From the NCBI GenBank assembly GCA_937894725.1, contig CALAYL010000029.1:20471-84470 (forward strand): DNA of 64,000 bases. The letters are read 5' to 3'. Within the stretch, counting starts at the first letter, position 1. Each line of letters starts with the position of its first letter. This DNA is from an uncultured Bacteroidota bacterium. GTDB taxonomy: Bacteria > Bacteroidota > Bacteroidia > Chitinophagales > LD1. The notes under the pieces were generated by a model that saw only the letters and a program-made list of their open reading frames with translations, was not told the DNA's origin and did not search any database. The position numbers and the translations under genes were made by a program. Shown here piece after piece: positions 56,026 through 64,000 of the stretch.

Positions 56026-56772
56026 ATGGCTATAAAAACCTTTATCGAAAGCGAACATTTTACAGAGCAAATAGATCATCTAAAAAATGAGCTACATCAA
56101 CTCCGCATGAAAATAGATGAAGATTATGTAAGAGACAAAAACTTTATCAATAAAGAGATAGCGAACGCAATTACTCACGGATTGGGTGCGGTCATATTTA
56201 TGGTGGCGATACCTGTGCTACTGGCGTATTGTGCTATGTATGCAAAAGCGCAGTTTACTTGGAGTGTATCCATTTTTGGTTTTGGCATTCTGATGGTGTA
56301 TTTGTCTTCAACTTTGTATCATGGCATACAGCATGAAAAGGCAAAAAAGACACTTCGTATCATAGACCACATTAGCATTTTTATTTTGATAGGAGGGAGC
56401 TATACCCCTATCGTATTGGCTTGTTTGCCTAGAGAAAAAGCGATGACATTTTTAGTGATTTTATGGACATTGATTATTGCGGGAGCTATAGGCAAGTTGT
56501 TTTTTACAGGAAGGTATCGTCTTTTTTCCACACTATTTTATTTAGCTATTTGCTGGATGGCTTTGGGGGTGATACATATCTTATTTGAAACGATGCCAGG
56601 ATATAGTTTTGGTGCATTGATGATTGGTGCTGCGCTGTATTCAATAGGCGTAGTCTTTTATTTATGGAAATCGCTCAATTATAATCACGCTATTTGGCAT
56701 ATATTTGTGCTGGGTGGAAGTATTAGTCACTATTTTGTGATGTTAGAAATAGCCAACAGCAATTTGATGTGA
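56026..56772 (+). CDS. Hemolysin III / PAQR family membrane protein
   Basis: The 248-aa ORF has seven hydrophobic segments and conserved contexts ANAITHGLGA, STLYHG, DHISIF and AIWHIFVLGGS. Confidence 0.8.
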   Translation: MAIKTFIESEHFTEQIDHLKNELHQLRMKIDEDYVRDKNFINKEIANAITHGLGAVIFMVAIPVLLAYCAMYAKAQFTWSVSIFGFGILMVYLSSTLYHGIQHEKAKKTLRIIDHISIFILIGGSYTPIVLACLPREKAMTFLVILWTLIIAGAIGKLFFTGRYRLFSTLFYLAICWMALGVIHILFETMPGYSFGALMIGAALYSIGVVFYLWKSLNYNHAIWHIFVLGGSISHYFVMLEIANSNLM

Positions 56773-56817
56773 TATGACTAACACGCCCAAACTTTAAGCA
56801 TAAACGAGCAATCTAGA

Positions 56818-57648
56818 ATGATGGACGAAGAAACTTTTGATCAACCCAAAAAACCACGTTACTTTTTACATCTAGCCTATGATGGCACCGGCTTTTCGGG
56901 ATGGCAGATACAGCTCAATGCAGATACGGTACAAGCTCGAGTAAATATTGCCCTTTCGCAGATTTTGAATGAACGAATCATGTGTATGGGCTGTGGCAGA
57001 ACAGATACTGGCGTGCACGCTTCGAGTTTTTATGCTCACTTTGAAACGGCAAATCCACTACCTAGTCGCTTTACAGATAGGCTTAATTCGCTTTTACCTA
57101 GCTCGATAGTCGTGTTTATGACAGCTCGAGTTGCAGATAATGCCCATACTCGATTCAACGCCATTAGTCGCACCTATGAATATTATATTCATTTCAAAAA
57201 ATCACCATTTTTGACGAACTATAGCTTTTATCAACCCCATCAAGCCACTAATTGGGATTTGGTAGAAAAGGCAACTGAATTATTGCCTTCGTTTAAAGAT
57301 TTTACATCACTTTGCAGGCCGAGCGATGACTTTAAGACCAACCTTTGTGATGTAAGCGTGGCGAAATGGGAAAAAACAATTCGTCCAAGTGTAGCTGGTT
57401 CTTTGACCGATGAGTTTATGCGATTTACAATTACTTCTAATCGTTTTCTGAGAGGCATGGTGCGTAAAACGGTAGGGACGCTATTGATGGTAGGTCGAGG
57501 CAAAGTATCCTTGGCCGAATTTGAAGATACAGTGGCAAATCAGCGCGAGTTTTATAAAACAGCTTTGGCTCCACCACAGGGACTTTACCTAACCGATGTC
57601 AAATATCCTTATCCGATAATTGATATATATGCTGCTAAAGCGCAATAA
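56818..57648 (+). CDS. truA: tRNA pseudouridine(38-40) synthase TruA
   Basis: The 276-aa ORF has YDGTGFSGWQIQ and the catalytic Asp context GCGRTDTGVHAS, plus FLRGMVR. Confidence 0.9.
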   Translation: MMDEETFDQPKKPRYFLHLAYDGTGFSGWQIQLNADTVQARVNIALSQILNERIMCMGCGRTDTGVHASSFYAHFETANPLPSRFTDRLNSLLPSSIVVFMTARVADNAHTRFNAISRTYEYYIHFKKSPFLTNYSFYQPHQATNWDLVEKATELLPSFKDFTSLCRPSDDFKTNLCDVSVAKWEKTIRPSVAGSLTDEFMRFTITSNRFLRGMVRKTVGTLLMVGRGKVSLAEFEDTVANQREFYKTALAPPQGLYLTDVKYPYPIIDIYAAKAQ

Positions 57649-57684
57649 AACATTCCATAATAAGGCAGAGTGTGTTAGATTTGT

Positions 57685-59505
57685 ATGGTGGAAACAAAAA
57701 AGACAGGTAGAGAGACTTTCAAACGAATTTTAACGCTTACGTCTCCTTACAAAACAAGATTTTGGTTGTCGATAGGCTTGTCTGTAGCATTAGCTATAGT
57801 AGGGCCGCTAAGACCAAAACTAGTAGAGCGAGCCGTTGATATTGATATAGCCCAAAAAGACTTTGGGGCACTTAAAATCACCGTGCTACTGATGCTCGTT
57901 TTATTACTTTTAGAAACAAGCCTTCGCTATCTTTTCAGCTATCTGGCAGGATGGCTAGGCGCTAGTATTATTAAGGATTTGCGCACTTCGGTTTATAACC
58001 ATATCGTACAGGCAAAACTCACCTATTTTGACACCACTCCCATAGGCACATCTACCACCCGTACGATTAACGATGTAGAAGCAATAAACGATACGTTTTC
58101 GGAGGGCATACTCACTATTTTGGCCGATGTACTAGTGATTGTGTTGGTGGTGTTTTTTATGTTTGCGGGCAATTTTCACACCTACCAAACAAGTCTTGGT
58201 TTCACCTTCATATATTGTGACTTTAGCACTTGGAAGCTAGCATTAGCATCGCTTTCTACCTTGCCGGTATTGCTTCTCATCACCCGATGGTTTCAAAAAG
58301 GAGTCAAAAATGCTTATCAACAAGAACGAATTCAGATAGCCCGCCTCAACGCTTTTTTGCAAGAGCATATTAGTGGTATGCGAATCATTCAACTTTTTAA
58401 TGTACAAAAAAGAGAATATGCTCGATTTGATACTATCAATGATGAACTAAAAACAGCCAACATCAAAGGCATTTGGTATTACTCCTTGTTTTTTCCAGCA
58501 GTGGAGATATGTGTGGCGGCATCAATAGGAATTACTGTAGCTATGGCATCGCAGTTTGTTTTGAAAAACGAACTTCAACTGGGAGTCATCATGTCGTTTA
58601 TTCTTTATATCAATATGCTTTTTCGTCCACTTCGTTTTATAGCAGATAAAGTAAATACGATACAACGAGGGGTAATAGCCGCAGAGCGGGTGTTTAATTT
58701 GCTCGATAAACCGATTGCTGAGCCACATGCAAAAGCTACAGGACAGACAAGCATTCAAGGAAATATAAAGTTCGAACATGTTGATTTTAGCTATCTGCCC
58801 GACCAACCTATTTTACGTGATTTATCTTTTGAAATAGCTGCTGGAGAAACACTCGCTATCGTAGGCCCTACGGGATCTGGCAAGACATCAACAATCAGTG
58901 TTTTGACGAAAATGTATCCTATCAGCGGTGGTCAAATCAAGATAGACAATCAAGATATAAATACATTGAATACGGATTATCTTCGATCGCAGATGAGTAT
59001 TGTTTTACAAGATGTGTTTTTATTTTCGGGTACTGTGTTAGAAAACATTACGCTTCGCAATCCGTCTATCAAGAAAGAGGATGTGGTGAATGCAGCCAAA
59101 TCGATAGGTGTAGATGCGCTGATTCAAAAACTGCCCGGACAGTATGACTATAAAGTAATGGAGCGCGGACTGGCACTATCATTAGGTCAGCGACAGCTGA
59201 TTTCGTTTGTAAGAGCACTGGTATATAATCCCAAAATTTTGATACTCGATGAGGCTACGTCATCTATTGATTCGGAAACAGAAGCGATGGTACAAAAAGC
59301 TATTGAAAAATTGATAGAAGGTAGAACCTCGATAATCATCGCGCATCGATTATCTACTATTCGAAAAGCAACTAAAATATTGGTGCTAGAAAATGGGGTA
59401 AAAATGGAGTTTGGTAGTCACGATACACTGTTAGCGGCAAAGGCAGGTTATGCAAAATTGTGGCATTCACAGTTTGCTCAAAATAAGAATGACACGGTTT
59501 TATGA
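57685..59505 (+). CDS. ABC exporter, fused TMD-NBD (MsbA/lipid-export-like)
   Basis: The 606-aa ORF has six TM segments, Walker A GPTGSGKTS, signature LSLGQRQL, Walker B ILILDEATSSID and an H-loop IIIAHRL. Confidence 0.9.
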   Translation: MVETKKTGRETFKRILTLTSPYKTRFWLSIGLSVALAIVGPLRPKLVERAVDIDIAQKDFGALKITVLLMLVLLLLETSLRYLFSYLAGWLGASIIKDLRTSVYNHIVQAKLTYFDTTPIGTSTTRTINDVEAINDTFSEGILTILADVLVIVLVVFFMFAGNFHTYQTSLGFTFIYCDFSTWKLALASLSTLPVLLLITRWFQKGVKNAYQQERIQIARLNAFLQEHISGMRIIQLFNVQKREYARFDTINDELKTANIKGIWYYSLFFPAVEICVAASIGITVAMASQFVLKNELQLGVIMSFILYINMLFRPLRFIADKVNTIQRGVIAAERVFNLLDKPIAEPHAKATGQTSIQGNIKFEHVDFSYLPDQPILRDLSFEIAAGETLAIVGPTGSGKTSTISVLTKMYPISGGQIKIDNQDINTLNTDYLRSQMSIVLQDVFLFSGTVLENITLRNPSIKKEDVVNAAKSIGVDALIQKLPGQYDYKVMERGLALSLGQRQLISFVRALVYNPKILILDEATSSIDSETEAMVQKAIEKLIEGRTSIIIAHRLSTIRKATKILVLENGVKMEFGSHDTLLAAKAGYAKLWHSQFAQNKNDTVL

Positions 59506-60773
59506 TAGGCTGGGGTATCACGATAGCGATATTTCTAGCAATTCAATATTGGGTCGCCAAGACCTCTTTTTTTATTGAAAAAAAGCTGCCTAGATGTACT
59601 GCAAATTTACTTTTTGCTGCAAAATTTGCAGGAGGTATAGCGCTGTACTTGCTTTATACATTTTATTACTCAAATCGGGAAACAGCCGATATATATAAGT
59701 TTTATGATGATGGCATGGCGCTAAAACAAATCATCAATGACCATCCTAAAGAGGGCTATTGGCTACTAACTGGTCAGCATGAAAATGAAACAATGGCTAT
59801 AGCCTCTAAGATGTGTAATTGGAATCGACTCTTTACGGTTACTATGCTCAATGAAAATCGACTATTAATTCGGACAAATTGTTTACTAGCTTATATCACA
59901 GGTGGCGTTTTTCATTTACACAATTTGTTTTTTTGTCTATTGTCGTTTTTAGGTAGCTGGTGGCTTATCAAATCATTTGCTACATATTTGTCATCAAAAA
60001 AACTATTGTTTTTTGTCGTGATACTTTTTTTTCCGTCTATGATGTTGTGGACTACAGGCTTGCTAAAAGAAAGTTTATTGCTTTTTTGTGTGGGGTATAT
60101 TATTTGGTTTTTACAAATAGATAAACAGAGTTGGTTTTCTATTTTGGTTTTTCTATTTCTGCTACTAGTCTTAGCCTATACACGTACTATATTAGCGGTC
60201 TTATTCGTGCTAGCAGCACTCGGCTTTATAGTGAGTCTGCGCCTTAAATCAAATAGCGCAAAAGGAGTTGCTTTTTTCGGAGTATATACCATTGTCATTT
60301 TAATCGCATTGTTACTTCCTAAAATTGATCCTGTTTATGACTACTTTAGGGTGACTGCAAAGAAACAAGCCTATGCGCAACGAGAGGCTGTATATATGGG
60401 CGCTAAGAGTTTAATTGAGTTGCCTACAATCACAAATGAACCTAGCTCGTTGATAACAAACGTTCCGCGCGGTTTTTTTAGTGCCTTTATACAACCTACG
60501 CCACTTCAGGCTTCGGGCAATGCTTTTGTTCTACTAAGTGGTATTGAAAATATGTTTCTCCTACTCATTTTTATTTATCTTTTGTTTGGCATTTCGCCAC
60601 CTAGGGGAGTAAGGGCAGACGTGTTTTGGTTGTTGATTACCACCAGCGTGGTGTATCTTTCTTTTATTGGATTGCTAGTGCCAGTATTGGGCAATTTGGT
60701 AAGGTATAAAGCACTCGTGATGCCCTTGTTTTTGGGCGCATTTTTGTTGATACAAAAGGAGAAGACAGCTTAA
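59502..60773 (+). CDS. Polytopic membrane protein of unknown function, translationally coupled to the ABC exporter
   Basis: The 423-aa ORF has at least 10 hydrophobic segments. Its ATG overlaps the exporter's TGA (ATGA at 59502-59505). Confidence 0.6.
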   Translation: MIGWGITIAIFLAIQYWVAKTSFFIEKKLPRCTANLLFAAKFAGGIALYLLYTFYYSNRETADIYKFYDDGMALKQIINDHPKEGYWLLTGQHENETMAIASKMCNWNRLFTVTMLNENRLLIRTNCLLAYITGGVFHLHNLFFCLLSFLGSWWLIKSFATYLSSKKLLFFVVILFFPSMMLWTTGLLKESLLLFCVGYIIWFLQIDKQSWFSILVFLFLLLVLAYTRTILAVLFVLAALGFIVSLRLKSNSAKGVAFFGVYTIVILIALLLPKIDPVYDYFRVTAKKQAYAQREAVYMGAKSLIELPTITNEPSSLITNVPRGFFSAFIQPTPLQASGNAFVLLSGIENMFLLLIFIYLLFGISPPRGVRADVFWLLITTSVVYLSFIGLLVPVLGNLVRYKALVMPLFLGAFLLIQKEKTA

Positions 60774-61855
60774 GCTGTTTCCTTTTCAAAATGCCGCATC
60801 ACCTCTATCAACTTTTCTACCCCACTTATAGGCATGGCATTATAAATCGAAGCCCTAAACCCACCGACAGAGCGATGCCCCTCGATACCCACAATTTCAT
60901 TTTGTTTGGCAAATTCAGCAAATGTTTTTTCGAGGGCTTTTTCGCGAAGTGTAAAACACACATTCATCATAGACCGATCTTCATTGGCTACATTACCCTG
61001 ATAGAGGTTACTTCGGTCAATAGTATCATAAAGAAGGTTTGCTTTTTTTTCGTTTTGGGAAAAAATATTTTCTTTTCCTTGTGCTTTTATCCATAAAAGA
61101 GTGAGGTAGCTGATATAGACAGAAAAAACAGGTGGTGTGTTTTTCATTGATTTTTGCGCTACCTGCACTTTGTAGTCCACCATAGCGGGCAATCCAGCTT
61201 TGTTTTTCTCTAAAAAATCTTTTTTAATCACGACCAATGTAGCTCCCGAAGTACCTATGTTTTTTTGCGCTCCTGCATATATCAAATCAAAATCGGAGTA
61301 GTTCATTTCTCTCGACAAAATATCCGAAGACATATCTGCAACTATCGGATAAGATACACCAAAATGTTTTTTTGCACCATTGAGAAAATGATACTGTGTG
61401 CCAAAAATAGTATTGTTGGAAGTGAGGTGTAGATATACCGCATCGCTAGGTAGGTTGAGCGTTTTAGGAATGTGGTTGTAGTTTTCTTTTTTTGAAGAAG
61501 CCACTGTATGTGCATTGCCAAATAAAGAGGCTTGCTCCATAGCGCCATGAGCCCAAGTACCAGTATCGATAAAGGCTGCGGTTTGGTTTTGGGATAAAAA
61601 GTTTTGTGGCACCATATAAAACTGCGAACTAGCGCCTCCTTGCATATAGATAGCTTCATAGTCGTCACCAAGACCCATGAGTTCTTTTGCTATACTACGG
61701 GCGTTTTCCATCACAGCTACAAATGCATCGGAGCGGTGAGAGATTTCAAGTATAGATAGCCCTGTATTTTCAAAATTCACGAGTGCTTCTTGTGCTTTTT
61801 TTAAAACCACTTGTGGCAAAATAGAAGGTCCGCTGTAAAAATTGGTAATAGCCAT
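60770..61855 (-). CDS. serC: Phosphoserine aminotransferase
   Basis: The 361-aa ORF starts FYSGPSILP, has the PLP-lysine context YAGAQKNIGTSG, and has GHRSVGGFRASIYNA near the C-terminus. Confidence 0.9.
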   Translation of the reverse strand: MAITNFYSGPSILPQVVLKKAQEALVNFENTGLSILEISHRSDAFVAVMENARSIAKELMGLGDDYEAIYMQGGASSQFYMVPQNFLSQNQTAAFIDTGTWAHGAMEQASLFGNAHTVASSKKENYNHIPKTLNLPSDAVYLHLTSNNTIFGTQYHFLNGAKKHFGVSYPIVADMSSDILSREMNYSDFDLIYAGAQKNIGTSGATLVVIKKDFLEKNKAGLPAMVDYKVQVAQKSMKNTPPVFSVYISYLTLLWIKAQGKENIFSQNEKKANLLYDTIDRSNLYQGNVANEDRSMMNVCFTLREKALEKTFAEFAKQNEIVGIEGHRSVGGFRASIYNAMPISGVEKLIEVMRHFEKETA

Positions 61856-61960
61856 TTAGGGTAAATAGAGGTGTGTAAAAATTCAAAAATGCTGATTTTA
61901 ATTTCAAATTAAAAATAGCTGAGTACTAATGTTTATATTTGTTTTAATGAGGAGGAATAC

Positions 61961-61992
61961 AAAAAAAGGCAACCAATTTGGTTGCCTTTTTT
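61961..61992 (-). terminator. Rho-independent terminator downstream of the DUF1573 gene
   Basis: The hairpin is GGCAACCA-ATT-TGGTTGCC, flanked by A7 and T6 runs. Confidence 0.65.
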
Positions 61993-62014
61993 ATAAAATT
62001 GAACAAGGGGTAAA

Positions 62015-62533
62015 TTATTTCTTAGAAGCTGCTGACTTTCCTTTAGCAGGAGCGGAAGAACCTTTTACTGGAGTTGCAGGAGTAGTTTTTACTGGTTGAG
62101 CTGGAGCTGGTGTTGGAGCAGCTACAGCTGGCTCATCTACTACAGTTCCAGTTATTTTCAATGTTTCATTAGGCGTTTTAGCGTTAGAAGATACACTTAC
62201 TGTTTTTGTAAATGGCCCTATACGATTGATATCGTAGTGAACGCTGATAGTAGCCGATTTGCCAGGCAAGATAGGTTCTGTAGGACAAGTAGGTACTGTA
62301 CAGCCGCAACTTCCTCTACAAGATGAAAGGATAAGTGGTGTTTTACCCACGTTAGTAAATTTAAATGCTCTAGTAGCAGCCCCTTCATCTCCTTTTTTCA
62401 CAGTACCGTAATCAATGGTCATATCTTCCCATTTGATCTCTGGAGCATTTGGATCTGGAGTAGCTGGAGCATCTTGTGCATTTACAGCTGCCGAAAGCCC
62501 CGCAAACGCTAAGATCATCATCATTTTTTTCAT
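62015..62533 (-). CDS. DUF1573 domain secreted protein with Pro/Ala/Thr-rich C-terminal tail
   Basis: The 172-aa ORF has a signal peptide. FKFTNVGKTPLILSSCRGSCGCTVP is the characteristic DUF1573 CGC motif context. Confidence 0.8.
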   Translation of the reverse strand: MKKMMMILAFAGLSAAVNAQDAPATPDPNAPEIKWEDMTIDYGTVKKGDEGAATRAFKFTNVGKTPLILSSCRGSCGCTVPTCPTEPILPGKSATISVHYDINRIGPFTKTVSVSSNAKTPNETLKITGTVVDEPAVAAPTPAPAQPVKTTPATPVKGSSAPAKGKSAASKK

Positions 62534-62802
62534 AGTTGTCTTTTTTTTGTTTTTAGTAATAAAGTGTTACATCAAGTGTTATTACAAATCTAATGCCTTT
62601 TTGATGGTCCACCCCCTATATATGCTCATTATTTTGCATCCTTTAACAAGGACTAGCTTTTTTTTAACGTATTGATAGTACTTTCAAACCCTTATATAGA
62701 CTGTGTTTAGATAAAGAGTCTTTTTATTTCGTTGAAAAAATGGAAACTTTAAACATTGGATTTGTTTCCTACGTTTATTTGCTTTTATTTCGCCCCCTAA
62801 TT

Positions 62803-63414
62803 ATGGAACTCGAAGACCTACTTTTAGAAAAATCTTCTGCACTCTTTTTGCGTTATGGTATTAAGAGTATCACTATGGATGATATAGCCAAAGAATTGGG
62901 TATGTCTAAAAAAACTATTTATCAAGTAGTCGATAATAAGGCCGACCTAGTATATAAAACAATGGAGAGCCACATAAAACTCGAACTTGCAAAGTTAGAC
63001 AAGATTAAAGACAACGCTACAGATGCGGTAGATGAAATGATACAGATAGTGGAGTCAACGGCTATTCATATACAAGGCATCGACACAACTATTTTGTTTG
63101 ACCTTCAGAAATACTTTCCGCTGGCATTTGACTTGTTTAATGGCTATAGAGAAAACCATATCCAAAAAGCTATACTCGAAAATCTCGAAAGAGGAAAAGC
63201 CGAAGGCTACTATAGAGAAAATCTAAATACAGACGTAATCTCTAAAATTTATATATCAATTATCCTTTCGTTATTTGACCAACACACCTTCCCATCCAAT
63301 AAATATTCCTTTGTGTCGCTTTATACAGAATTTGTAAACTATCATTTACAGGGTATTCTTTCGGCAAAAGGCATGAAATATTTTGAAAAGAAAAACAAAC
63401 TAAAACAAAAGTAA
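62803..63414 (+). CDS. TetR/AcrR family transcriptional regulator
   Basis: The HTH is GIKSITMDDIAKELGMSKKTIYQ. The start is moved to the ATG at 62803 (MELEDLL...) from the track's 62740. A TolC-like gene follows directly. Confidence 0.8.
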   Translation: MELEDLLLEKSSALFLRYGIKSITMDDIAKELGMSKKTIYQVVDNKADLVYKTMESHIKLELAKLDKIKDNATDAVDEMIQIVESTAIHIQGIDTTILFDLQKYFPLAFDLFNGYRENHIQKAILENLERGKAEGYYRENLNTDVISKIYISIILSLFDQHTFPSNKYSFVSLYTEFVNYHLQGILSAKGMKYFEKKNKLKQK

Positions 63415-63417
63415 AAT

Positions 63418-64000
63418 ATGAAACAAATATTCATTTTGCTGTTCATAGGTATCAGCTCTACACAAATGGTAGCTCAGCGCGATGGAGCGATGGCACTCAG
63501 CCTAGACCAAGCTATAGCGTATGCGTTGGAGACAAAATCTGAGGCCAAGAATGCACAGCTCGATATAGACAAAGCGAAAGCTAAAAACTGGGAAATAACC
63601 ACCACAGGCTTACCAACTATCACCGGCAATGTGGACTATAAGTATTTTTTTAAACGACCTACTTCGCCTGCTTTTGAAAAAATATTGAGCGACCCGAATA
63701 GTGTCACTAACCAAGTGTATGGCGTATTGGCGCAAAACTCGCCTGCTATTGCCAATATTTTACAAAACGCTTCTTCACAAAGTACCACGCCTATTTCTTT
63801 CGTTCTTCCTCACGATCTTCAGGTGGGTGTACAACTACAGCAGCTGATTTTTGATGGTAGGTACCTTCTAGGATTGAAAGCCACAAAACAGCTAATGAAA
63901 ACAGCCGTGCTTACAAAAGACCTTTCAGAACAAGAAATACGTTATAAGGTAAAGACCGCCTATTACCAAGCTCAAGCGGCTGTGATGTCAAAAAGTTATC
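63418..64000 (+). CDS. TolC-family outer membrane efflux protein; partial, continues beyond the window
   Basis: This gene is not in the track because it has no stop in the window. My translation from the ATG at 63418 gives MKQIFILLFIGISSTQMVAQ...LSLDQAIAYALETKSEAKNAQLDIDKAKAKNWEITTTGLPTITGNVDY... with no stop to position 64000. This is the typical TolC N-terminal repeat pattern, placed downstream of a TetR gene. Confidence 0.75.
   Translation, partial: MKQIFILLFIGISSTQMVAQRDGAMALSLDQAIAYALETKSEAKNAQLDIDKAKAKNWEITTTGLPTITGNVDYKYFFKRPTSPAFEKILSDPNSVTNQVYGVLAQNSPAIANILQNASSQSTTPISFVLPHDLQVGVQLQQLIFDGRYLLGLKATKQLMKTAVLTKDLSEQEIRYKVKTAYYQAQAAVMSKSY

Overview
This 64 kb chromosomal window looks like a Bacteroidota genome. 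The evidence is a subtilase with a T9SS-type C-terminal sorting domain, the DUF1573, DUF2147, DUF3109 and DUF2279 families, many lipoprotein signal peptides, and TAnnTTTG-like -7 boxes. I support about 62 protein-coding genes and one tRNA(CAU). Two genes are cut by the window edges and are missing from the supplied ORF track. Most of the content is housekeeping: mnmG, obg, adk, nadD, corA, hpt, msrA, truA, serC, an ABC-F ATPase, a PpiD-like chaperone, yifB/comM-like and an umuDC-like pair. These are interspersed with secreted and surface proteins and several beta-lactamase-fold hydrolases. I found no CRISPR array, transposase, integrase, rRNA or recognisable named defence system. All family calls rest on motifs I could read in the translations; no database search was possible. 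The observations most worth following up are listed here. (1) A 438-bp gene-free, AT-rich spacer (20076-20513) carries nine DnaA-box-like 9-mers and is a candidate oriC or DnaA-regulated locus. (2) An accessory-looking minus-strand cluster (51079-54104) encodes an unclassified HExxH lipoprotein followed by two tandem lipoprotein paralogs. The 5' and 3' ends of the paralogs are about 97-98% identical at DNA level around an equal-length divergent core, and a (TGCTG)6 microsatellite sits in the upstream spacer. (3) An AT-rich 1.4-kb islet (4517-5891) holds an orphan membrane-anchored ORF, a 440-bp structured non-coding stretch with a G8 tract, inverted 12-mers and repeated hairpin elements. (4) The umuD-like gene has an apparently degenerate catalytic dyad. 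Repeated palindromes lie upstream of it and at the umuC/mnmG junction. (5) There is a collagen-like (GXY)19 secreted protein. (6) There is a membrane-anchored Neverland-like Rieske oxygenase. None of these is demonstrated to be a new system; each entry below carries explicit tests.
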